DNA from: Deltaproteobacteria bacterium
GTDB taxonomy: Bacteria; Myxococcota; Kuafuiibacteriia; Kuafuiibacteriales; Kuafuiibacteriaceae
Direction of reading: 5' to 3'
DNA: 64,000 nucleotides
Assembly: GCA_040218735.1 (NCBI GenBank)
Contig: JAVJQW010000057.1
Coordinates: forward strand, 320,001-384,000
Part shown: positions 30,597 to 38,821 of the stretch, in pieces
Numbering within the stretch: position 1 is the first letter of the stretch
How the letters are laid out: each line of letters starts with the position of its first letter
The notes under the pieces: generated by a model
What the model saw: the letters and a program-made list of their open reading frames with translations, nothing else
Told to the model about the DNA's origin: nothing
The model's database searches: none
Made by a program: the position numbers and the translations under genes

Positions 30597-31172
30597 TCAC
30601 GCCCGGCCGCGGCTGTGGCCGGTCGTGACACCGCCGGCGATGAGGTGCGCGAGGCGCAGCGGCTCCGGGATGTTCCCGTGGAGCGTCGTCGCCGCGAGCA
30701 GGTCGCGCGCCATCGGCACCGAGAGCCCCACGCGCTGCACGAAGACGTTCCGCAACGGCTCCATCGGCCCGGCCGCCTCGATCAGCCGCCACTTCCGCGC
30801 CGCGCCCGGCACCGCGTCGAAGAGCGCGCGCCGGATCCTCGCTTGGTTGGGTCGGCGACGCGCCACGACGAGCACCGGGATGCCGAGCGCGTCGTGGAGA
30901 CGGTGCACGTCGACGACGTTGAAGCCCGCCACCGCGATCCCCTGGAGGATCACCGCACGCACGTGACCGTCGAACGCCGAGGAGCGCACGACCTCGATCA
31001 TGCGGTCGGTCGAGTTCCGTCCGTCGCGTCGTACGCGCGTCGACAACACGCCGTCGCAGCGCGTGCGGGAGCAGACCACGCCCACCAACCGCACGTCGCC
31101 ACGATGCGAACGTTCGAACGGCGCGTCGTCGAAGCCGATCACGTTGGTGAGCGCCACGGCGCCGAGGAACAT
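30597..31172 (-). CDS. DUF99 family protein (EndoV-like predicted nuclease)
   Basis: VIGFDD, DG.NST, LQGIAVAGFNVVD and IPEPLRLAHLIA motifs. Confidence 0.88.
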   Translation of the reverse strand: MFLGAVALTNVIGFDDAPFERSHRGDVRLVGVVCSRTRCDGVLSTRVRRDGRNSTDRMIEVVRSSAFDGHVRAVILQGIAVAGFNVVDVHRLHDALGIPVLVVARRRPNQARIRRALFDAVPGAARKWRLIEAAGPMEPLRNVFVQRVGLSVPMARDLLAATTLHGNIPEPLRLAHLIAGGVTTGHSRGRA

Positions 31173-31196
31173 AGCAGACCGTGTTAACTTCGCGCC

Positions 31197-32057
31197 GTGG
31201 ATCTCCGCCCCGCCGAGCTGATGGGCCACTGGTACCCCGCCACCGCCGACGCGTGTGACGCCGCGCTCGCGAGCGCCGTCGTGCCCGAAGTCGACGGCGA
31301 AGCCTTCGGCGCGATCGTTCCCCACGCCGGGTGGACGTACTCCGGCGCCGTCGCGTTCGAAGCGCTCGCCGCCGTGCAGCGCCGCCGCCCCGACGCCGAC
31401 CTCGTCGTCGTGTTCGGCGGCCACCTCGGTCCGCGCGTTCCCGTGCGGGTGTTCCTCGGCGGCGCGTGGGAGACACCGTACGGACCAGCCGAGATCGCGG
31501 GGGAGCTCGCCGAGGACATCGCGATGGGCATCGAGTGTGACCCGGAGACACCGGACGAGTACTACGACGACAACGCCGTCGAGGTGGTGATGCCGATGGT
31601 CAAGAAGCTGTGGCCCGACGCCCGGTTCCTCACGATCGGCGTCCCCCCCACGGAGCGCGCGACGAAGATCGGCGCCGAGGTCCTCGACCTCGCCCGACGC
31701 CGCGGCTACGAGCGCATCGTCGCGGTCGGCTCCACCGACCTCACCCACTACGGCCCAAACTACCGCTACGTCCCCCACGGCCGCGGCCGCGTCGGGCTCG
31801 ACTGGGTGAAGAACGTCAACGACCCCGAGCTCATCGCAAAGCTGGAGTCGTTCGACAGCACCCGCATCGTCTGGACCGCACAGCGCTCGCGCAACGCGTG
31901 TTGCCCCGGCGCCGCCGCCGCCGCGATGGCCGTCGCCAAGGGCCTCGGCGCCGAGCGCGGCGTCGTCACGCGCTACACCACGAGCTACGACGTCCGCCCC
32001 CACGAAGACGAGCCCACGAGCTTCGTGGGCTACGTCGGCGTGGTGCTCGAACGCTGA
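31197..32057 (+). CDS. amrB: AmmeMemoRadiSam system protein B (MEMO1-like)
   Basis: LRPA...G.WYP, IVPHAGWTYSG, WETPYG, STDLTHYG and SFVGY motifs. Confidence 0.9.
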   Translation: MDLRPAELMGHWYPATADACDAALASAVVPEVDGEAFGAIVPHAGWTYSGAVAFEALAAVQRRRPDADLVVVFGGHLGPRVPVRVFLGGAWETPYGPAEIAGELAEDIAMGIECDPETPDEYYDDNAVEVVMPMVKKLWPDARFLTIGVPPTERATKIGAEVLDLARRRGYERIVAVGSTDLTHYGPNYRYVPHGRGRVGLDWVKNVNDPELIAKLESFDSTRIVWTAQRSRNACCPGAAAAAMAVAKGLGAERGVVTRYTTSYDVRPHEDEPTSFVGYVGVVLER

Positions 32058-32059
32058 CG

Positions 32060-32496
32060 CCAAAGCCGTTCACCCCGCGCATGGGCCAACGTCGAGCACC
32101 CACGCGGCGGCGTAAACGCCTTGCGGCCGGGCGCTACGGCCTCGCGGAAAAGCGCGCCCCTCGGCCACGCGTTTCGCCGGGCGGGTGAAGGAGCTCCGGG
32201 GACCGCCATAACCTGGGACGACGACCGCGCTGTCGAATCGCGCGCGGCAGCTGCCGTCACGCGCTGCCCTCCCGCGGCTGCGGTGGTGGATGCTCTTCAC
32301 GCCACGGACGCTCGGAGCACGAGCCCAGACTGGGCCGGGTGGTAGCGTCGCTCGCGAATCCTCCGATCGATGAACGCGTGACCCATCACCTCACGCGCCT
32401 CGTGTAGGTTGTGCGCGCGTTCTTCTTCTACTCGAGCCGTTCAACGTACAGCGAGAGCACCGCTTCGAAGATCTCTCCAATGTCCGTCCCGGGCGG
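32060..32496 (-). pseudogene. Inverted remnant of an HNH-endonuclease element (5'-truncated, HNH core deleted, internal stop)
   Basis: Reverse complement translates PPGTDIGEIFEAVLSLYVERLE*KKN, then (other frame) RAHNLHEAREVMGHAFIDRRIRERR, matching two separate parts of the plus-strand HNH ORF. Downstream DNA also matches. Confidence 0.85.
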
Positions 32497-33250
32497 ACGC
32501 GATCAGCCCGAACACCTCGGGCTGCTCGCGACCGGTGAGCTGCACATGACCGGCGTCGCGAAGCTCTCCAAGTTCATGAACGACGACAACGCCCACAGCC
32601 TCGTCGAGCAGGCGAAAAACAAGTCCAAGGCCGAGGTCGAGATGCTCATCGCTACCGAGTTCCCCGGAGCGAAGAGCTGCGAAGACCGCGTCGAGGCGGC
32701 GACGCCCGACACGTTCGCTTTTCACTTCGACGGGCGCGCCGAAGCCAAGGCGCTCTTGGATCGAGCCAAGGAGCTCACCCCGCCTGGGACGGACATCGGG
32801 GAGATCTTCGAAGCGGCGCTTGCGCTCTACGTGGAGAAGCTGGAGAGGAGGAAGAACGGAAAGACGAGCCGTCCGCGATCGAAACCCGCCGAGGATGCAC
32901 CCGTGGGTGCAGCGTACGTCCCGGCGGCAACGCGCCGCGCGGTGGTGGAGCGCGACGGCGCGCAGTGCACGTACGTGAGCCCGGGCGGTCGGCGATGCAG
33001 CGAACGGTCGAACCTCGAATTCGATCACGTGGGCGGGCGCGCGCTGGGCGCCAAGAGCGTGGTCGGTGAGTTGCGCTTGCTGTGTCGCGCGCACAACCTT
33101 CACGCGGCGAACGCAGTGATGGGTCGCGCCCTCATCGATCGGAGGATTCACGAGCGCCGCTCTACCCAGTCCAGGCAAGACGCGTGTACCGAGCGCCGGC
33201 GGCGTGACCCGCTTCCGACTTCGCCGGCACGCGCGGAGGGCAGCTCGTGA
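32497..33250 (+). pseudogene. 5'-truncated HNH endonuclease of the multicopy myxobacterial type
   Basis: GELHMTG.AKL...N...L.EQA..KSKAEVE, then RRAVVERDGAQCTYVSPGGRRC...LEFDH...LRLLCRAHN. Coding likeness begins abruptly at the 32496/32497 junction. Confidence 0.8.
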
Positions 33251-33455
33251 GAGCGATACCAGCCGGTGTTCGAGAGCGCGGCCCTCCTTCGGAGCACTGC
33301 GCTCCGCGCCCCCTCCTTCACCAGCCCCGCGAAGCGGCGGCCGAGGGACGCGTCGCTCCGCGGCGACGGCGCGCTCCCCTGCGTCGAGGCGCCCCTCGCC
33401 GCCTGATGGGGGCTCGAGGATGGCCCGTCCGCTAAGCCAACGGCATTGCGGCTCT

Positions 33456-33691
33456 AGCCGGAAGCCCGCCTCGAAAGAGGCGGGCCTGAGGGCTGTGCCA
33501 AGCAGGTTCGCGCAGCGAAGCTGCGTTATGGCCGAGCCGGAAGCCCGCCTCGAAAGAGGCGGGCCCGAGGGCTGTGCCAAGCAGGTTCGCGCAGCGAAGC
33601 TGCGTCATGGCCGAGCCGGAAGCCCGCCTCGAAAGAGGCGGGCCTGAGGGCTGTGCCAAGCAGGTTCGCGCAGCGAAGCTGCGTCATGGCC
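33456..33691. repeat. Three tandem 79-bp repeats, each with two hairpins (REP/BIME-like)
   Basis: Units start at 33456, 33535 and 33614 with only two variable internal positions. Hairpins are gcccgcctc-gaaa-gaggcgggc and cgcagc-gaa-gctgcg. Confidence 0.95.
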
Positions 33692-33729
33692 TAGTTGACT
33701 CATGGGCGGGGGTGGGCTCGATTCCGCGC

Positions 33730-34089
33730 GTGTCCATCGTCTTCTACGACGCCCTCCACGTGATCGGGGCGCTCCTCACGTTCACCGGCCTCGGCGGCCT
33801 CGCAGCGCTCGCGCTCTCGGGGAGCTACGACAACAAGGCGGCGCGCATCCCGTTCGTGATGTGCCACGGGATCGGCCTGCTGATCCTCCTCGTCGCCGGG
33901 TTCGGTGCGCTCGCGAAGCTGGGCGTCGGCTTCCCGCCGTGGGTGATCGTCAAGCTCGTGCTGTGGCTGTTCCTCGGCGCGTCCCTGACGCTGTTCAAGC
34001 GCAAGGCCGCGCTCGCGAAGACGCTGGTGCTCGTGGTGATCGCGGCCGGCGTGGCCGCCGCCTACCTCGGCAACTTCAAGCCGTTCTGA
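33730..34089 (+). CDS. Small four-TM membrane protein (SirB2/DUF2269-like)
   Basis: Y.ALHVIG, HGIGLLILLV.GFG and PPWVIVKL motifs; GTG at 33730. Confidence 0.8.
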   Translation: MSIVFYDALHVIGALLTFTGLGGLAALALSGSYDNKAARIPFVMCHGIGLLILLVAGFGALAKLGVGFPPWVIVKLVLWLFLGASLTLFKRKAALAKTLVLVVIAAGVAAAYLGNFKPF

Positions 34090-35056
34090 GCTGCGCGCGC
34101 AGCGCCTCGGAACGATCGAGCCGGGCGCCGAGCGCGTGCGGCATCGGCGCGTCCGGCACCCCGCGCCGGCGCGCGATCGTCTTCAGATCGTAGATCGGCA
34201 CGTCGAGCGCGAGGCGCTCGAACGGAGCCGCTCGCCACACGAACAGCGCGGGCACGTCCGCCAGGAACGCGCCGAGCCGCGCGGCGGCTTCGTCCGCGGA
34301 CACCACCTCGGCGTCCGCGAGGCCACACCGAGCCCAACGCTCCGCCGACACGTCCGCGTCGAGCCGGAGTGAGAGCTCCGCCGGACCGCGGCGCACCGCC
34401 CACGCGACCGCTTCACCGCCGACCCGGAGCGCCGCGCCGATCGCCGCGTCGTCCCGCGCCAACGCGACGCGCTCGGCGGACGGGCGTCGGCGCTTGCGCA
34501 TCCGCGCGACCGGTGAGGCCTGGTGCGCGACCATCCTCGCCTCGCGCGCTTCGAATGCCGCGAACAAGGTCGACACCCCGGGCGCGAGCTCGGGCTCGAA
34601 GTGTACGAGCGCCGACGCGACCGCCTCCACGGTCGCCATCCCGCGCGGCGTCTTCTCGCGGCGCGTCCGATAACGCCCCGGCGTCGACGGCGTCAGCACG
34701 ATCTTCGGGAGCGCCGCGAGCCACGGGTTGTCGCGCAGGATGACGCGCGCCCCCGACCACGTCCCGTCGATCGCGATCAGGTGCTCGGGCGCCGCGGCGG
34801 CTTCGATGGGTGTCGCGTCGTCGCCCGGCCACAGCAGCGTCCCGACGACGGGGGCGTGGGTCACGCCGCAGCGGACGTCGAGGCGTTCGAGCGAGGCCGC
34901 GAGCAGACCGAGCGTCCCGAACGCGTGTCGCGCCTCGCGGGGGTGCTGAAGGATCGTGACGGGCACGCGGTTGTCGATCCGCGCGACGATCGAACAGACG
35001 CACCCCACCGGCGATTGCCAGCACGTCGGGCAGCGGACAGGTTGCGGCGCGTTCAT
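34076..35056 (-). CDS. DTW-domain protein (tRNA-uridine aminocarboxypropyltransferase-like) with C-terminal extension
   Basis: CxxC...CxC, ILQHPRE, DGTW, Y..RRE and TVEA motifs. Confidence 0.88.
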   Translation of the reverse strand: MNAPQPVRCPTCWQSPVGCVCSIVARIDNRVPVTILQHPREARHAFGTLGLLAASLERLDVRCGVTHAPVVGTLLWPGDDATPIEAAAAPEHLIAIDGTWSGARVILRDNPWLAALPKIVLTPSTPGRYRTRREKTPRGMATVEAVASALVHFEPELAPGVSTLFAAFEAREARMVAHQASPVARMRKRRRPSAERVALARDDAAIGAALRVGGEAVAWAVRRGPAELSLRLDADVSAERWARCGLADAEVVSADEAAARLGAFLADVPALFVWRAAPFERLALDVPIYDLKTIARRRGVPDAPMPHALGARLDRSEALRAQLRTA

Positions 35057-35082
35057 CTCGACAGCGGCCTCGAAGCGCTGCG

Positions 35083-36570
35083 ATGATGCCGCCGCGCGTG
35101 CGAGCACGAAAGCCCATCTTCGTCGCGGTCGCCATCGTGACCGCCTGCCACGCGACGGAGCCGCTCGAGCCGCTCACGATCGAGGACGCGGCGTCGGTCT
35201 TCTTCGTCGGCGAGCGCGACGAGGCCCCGGCGTTCACCTACGCCTTCACCGTCGCGCCCGACGGCGCGGTCGAGCTCCCGCCGCTCGCGTCGCGGCCCGG
35301 CGATCGGTGGTGGGCGGTCGCGAACGCGTGTGACCTCGAGACCCTCGGCGTGGACGACGGCGGCACGGTGCTCGATCCGGAGCCCGCGTTCGACGCCAAC
35401 CCCTTCCCGGAGCCCATCGCCGTGCGGAGCATGAGCCCCTCGGCGGAGGGGACGTGGTCCGACGCCGCGATGTCCGCCGCGGTGGACGAAGCGCTCCGTC
35501 GCTTCCCGTTGGACCCCGAGTACCTGTGTGCGTCGGTCGAGCCCCAGCTCGACATCGCGGTGCGCGAGGTCCGGTTCGACACGCCCGATCTCTACCTGCC
35601 GACGTTCGTCACGGAGCTCGACGACGGTCGGATCTTCACCACGCTCCTGCAGGCCGACGACTTCTTCTCCTTCGCGCCGACGAGCACGACCGGCTACTCC
35701 GCGTACACCTTCGAGCTCGGCAACAGCGACGATCCGGTGCAGATCGACGTCGGGCCGCACATCGTGCTGGGCGGCTACCAGGCGCCCGACGGCGAGGTCT
35801 GGCTCGTCACCACGCAAGACCTCCTGCGTGGTCACCCGGACACGGGCTTCACCGTGGCCGCGTCGCTCGCGATGGCGACGCCGTACCGTCGCGTGTGGGT
35901 CAGCGGGATGGGGAGCGCCGACGCCACGGTGCTCGCGATCTCCACCAGCGCGTGGGACGGGCTGTCGACGCCGTTCATGCGGAGAGTGCTTCGCTACGAA
36001 GCCGGCAACGTCGTGCAGGTCGACGCGGACGACCGCGACGAGCCGATGCCGCAGACGACGTTCCTCGACAACGGCGATCTGTTCGTCATCAACCTGAAGA
36101 CCGAGCCGCAGGTCGCGACCATCTACGGTACGGGCGCGCCGCGGACGATCCCCGTCCCCGACGAGGGGCGCTTCTTCGAGCTGCTCGACGATCCGAACGC
36201 GGGCCTGTTGCTCCGCCACAGCGACAACAAGATCTTCCGCTTCGACGGCGCGGGGTTCGAGCTGTTCCTCGAAGATGTGTCGGTGCTCGGCACGCGCTTC
36301 GACACACCGACCGGGACGATCCTCGCGGGCAACGCGGTCAGCCGCGTCTCGGGGAAGCCGTCGTTCGGTCAGGTCACGGTCGTGCAGCACCTCGAACGCA
36401 CCGGCGTGTGCAGCTACCCGATGGCGGCTGCGTCGATCTCCGCGGTCAACATCCTCCCCCTCGCCGCGCCGGGGACGGTTCTCGCGACCGAGCTGTCGGC
36501 GACGCCCGGGCAGCTGCGTGCGACGACGATCACGCTCGATGCGCTCGCAGACCCCTGCCTGCTGAGGTGA
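35083..36570 (+). CDS. Hypothetical lipoprotein (beta-rich)
   Basis: Lipobox IVTAC; host codon bias. Confidence 0.7.
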   Translation: MMPPRVRARKPIFVAVAIVTACHATEPLEPLTIEDAASVFFVGERDEAPAFTYAFTVAPDGAVELPPLASRPGDRWWAVANACDLETLGVDDGGTVLDPEPAFDANPFPEPIAVRSMSPSAEGTWSDAAMSAAVDEALRRFPLDPEYLCASVEPQLDIAVREVRFDTPDLYLPTFVTELDDGRIFTTLLQADDFFSFAPTSTTGYSAYTFELGNSDDPVQIDVGPHIVLGGYQAPDGEVWLVTTQDLLRGHPDTGFTVAASLAMATPYRRVWVSGMGSADATVLAISTSAWDGLSTPFMRRVLRYEAGNVVQVDADDRDEPMPQTTFLDNGDLFVINLKTEPQVATIYGTGAPRTIPVPDEGRFFELLDDPNAGLLLRHSDNKIFRFDGAGFELFLEDVSVLGTRFDTPTGTILAGNAVSRVSGKPSFGQVTVVQHLERTGVCSYPMAAASISAVNILPLAAPGTVLATELSATPGQLRATTITLDALADPCLLR

Positions 36571-36796
36571 CGAATTGTCGGGTCGGTCGAACGGCGGACC
36601 GGGGTTCGACCTGAGGCGGCGACGACACCGAATCGCGTAACGCTACGGAAGGAGATCGTAGGTGAACGCGTAAGACCGGATGCCGGGGTTTATCGAGGTC
36701 TGAGGCATCGGCGTCACAGCCCGCGCGAAGGTCACACAAGGCCGGCGGGTGTGAGTCGAGCGGAGCGCTTCGATTTGGTACAGTTTTGGTGGTTCC

Positions 36797-38788
36797 ATGC
36801 AGCGTTTCATCCTCCGAAGTCTTCTGCTGAACGTCGCGCTGGGGGGTACGCTCGCGATGGCTGGCTGCGTCGAGTCCGTCGGCGGTGGTCGACGCCTCGC
36901 GGTCGAAGAGCGTAACAACGTCGTCTTCGACGCCGGGCCCATGGTGATCCGCGACGGGGGACCGGTCGTGAACAACGATCGGGACGGCGGCGTGAGCGAG
37001 AAACCGCGCGACGGCGGCGTGCTCCCCGACCGCGACGGCGGTCAGATCATCGAGCCGTTCACGTTCGCGACCGTCGGCACCCGCTGCACGACCGGCGCGT
37101 TCACGAACTGGATCGTGTTGTCCGAGACCACGAGCGACTGCGCGACCCACGGCGACATCCTCGAAAACGGCAACCAGGGCGCGAGCGTCGCGTACGCGGA
37201 GCTGCCCAACACGATCACCCCGCCGATGAACGTCACCCTCCCCGCGCAGGTCTGCCTGGGGGGCACGTGTGAACCGCGAAACCTCGTCCTGCGGATCGAC
37301 TCCTTCTCGGAGGGCGTGGGCATGACCGGCAACTGGACGATCGCCCTCGACGACGCGATCGCGACCGGGGACCTGAACGCCGGGTGGTGCGCGTACGACG
37401 ACAGCCGCCCCGGCGGCGCGGCGACGCTCGCGGGGGGCCTGTCGATCAGCGAGGTCGCCATCTACCAGAGCGTGAAGATCAGCTTGATGCAGGACGGCAA
37501 CCTCATCAACCCGGTCAACGCACCCGTGGTCGAGAACCGCGAAGCGGTCGTGCGGGCGTTCGTCACGCGCGGCGCCGGGTGGCAGCCGCGGGAGATCGTC
37601 GCGCGCATGACCTTCGAGCACCCGCTGTTCGGCGGTACGCCGCGCATCTACGAAGAGCGCATGACGGTGTCGGTCGACTCCACGGAGACCAACGGCAACT
37701 CGACGTTCAACTTCGAGATCCCGCCCGAGACACTCCTCGAAGACGCCGAGTACAGCATCGGCCTGTACGAGACCGAGGCGTGCGCGCCGGGCTCCGGCAA
37801 CACCGCGGGCGCCCTCTTTCCGACCGCGGGGACGCAGCAGCTCCCGATCGCGAGCAGCGGGAGCGTCTTCAACGTCGTGTTGACCCCGGTGCGTTACAAC
37901 GGGGACGGCTCCGGTCGGCTGCCCGACACGTCCCCGGCGCAGGTCCAGCGCTACTACGACCTGATGTACGCGATGTTCCCGGTGGCGACGCTCAACCTGT
38001 CGGTGGGCAACGTGCTGGACTGGAACCAGCCGGTGAACCCGACGAGCCAGGCCGGGTGGAGCAACCTCCTCGACGCGCTGCTGTCGCACCGCAACAGCGA
38101 GAACCCGCCGGACAACACGTACTACTACGGGATCTTCGCGCCGGCGTCGTCGTTCGGTGCCTACTGCCAGGGCGGCTGCATCGCTGGCCTCGGCCCGCTC
38201 CCGAACGCGAGCAACACGTACTCACGCGGAGCGATCGGTCTCGGCTTCAGCGGCGACGGCTCCACCGAGACGTTCGTGCACGAGATCGGACACACGCTCG
38301 GTCGCCAGCACGCGCCGTGCGGCGTCCAGTCGGCGGACGGCAACTACCCGTACAACGGGGCGCGCCTCGGCGTGTGGGGCCTCAACATGATCACGCGGAC
38401 GCTGATCGACCCGAACGACACGCGGGACATGATGAGTTACTGCGACCCGATCTGGATCTCCGACTACAACTACACGGCGATCTTCAACCGCATCCGGACG
38501 ATCAACCAAGGCTTCCCGTTCACCTCCTTCGGACCGACGGAGTGGAAGGTCGTGATGCAGGACGGCGACGGCGTGCGCTGGGGTTCGTCGGTGATCCTCG
38601 AGGAGCCGCCGGGCGGGCGAGCGACGGGGGTACAGTTCATCGGTGCCAACGGCGAGGTCCTGGACTCGGTCGTGGGTCGCTCGGTGCCGCTGAGTCACTT
38701 CGAGGGTCGGCACGTCCTCATCCCGAAGCCCATCGAGGGCACCGTATTCGTGGACGTCGAGGGCGCCGGGCGGATCGCCGCTCCGTAG
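36797..38788 (+). CDS. Metzincin zinc metallopeptidase lipoprotein (M66-like)
   Basis: Lipobox LAMAGC; RDGG linker; HEIGHTLGRQHAPC zinc motif; Met-turn DMMSYC. Confidence 0.88.
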   Translation: MQRFILRSLLLNVALGGTLAMAGCVESVGGGRRLAVEERNNVVFDAGPMVIRDGGPVVNNDRDGGVSEKPRDGGVLPDRDGGQIIEPFTFATVGTRCTTGAFTNWIVLSETTSDCATHGDILENGNQGASVAYAELPNTITPPMNVTLPAQVCLGGTCEPRNLVLRIDSFSEGVGMTGNWTIALDDAIATGDLNAGWCAYDDSRPGGAATLAGGLSISEVAIYQSVKISLMQDGNLINPVNAPVVENREAVVRAFVTRGAGWQPREIVARMTFEHPLFGGTPRIYEERMTVSVDSTETNGNSTFNFEIPPETLLEDAEYSIGLYETEACAPGSGNTAGALFPTAGTQQLPIASSGSVFNVVLTPVRYNGDGSGRLPDTSPAQVQRYYDLMYAMFPVATLNLSVGNVLDWNQPVNPTSQAGWSNLLDALLSHRNSENPPDNTYYYGIFAPASSFGAYCQGGCIAGLGPLPNASNTYSRGAIGLGFSGDGSTETFVHEIGHTLGRQHAPCGVQSADGNYPYNGARLGVWGLNMITRTLIDPNDTRDMMSYCDPIWISDYNYTAIFNRIRTINQGFPFTSFGPTEWKVVMQDGDGVRWGSSVILEEPPGGRATGVQFIGANGEVLDSVVGRSVPLSHFEGRHVLIPKPIEGTVFVDVEGAGRIAAP

Positions 38789-38821
38789 ACGTCTGGCCCG
38801 CGAGGCCAAGGCGTGCGCAGA

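Noticed and set aside
30597-32063. 488-aa DUF99 fusion
   Set aside because: The upstream part is antisense to amrB. DUF99 motifs begin near 31172.
32058-33450. Classical IS or composite transposon with terminal inverted repeats
   Set aside because: No transposase motif or target-site duplication was seen. The inverted arms are diverged and include HNH coding sequence, so they are better explained as two elements.
33456-33691. CRISPR array
   Set aside because: The units are contiguous and nearly identical, with no unique spacers, and there are no cas genes.
33204-33729. ORFs running through the 79-bp repeats, including the N-terminal extension of 33574..34089
   Set aside because: The 79-bp period is not a multiple of 3 and the translations just mirror the repeat.
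36585-36615. tRNA suggested by ggttcgac (T-loop-like)
   Set aside because: No cloverleaf, acceptor stem or anticodon arm could be built around it.
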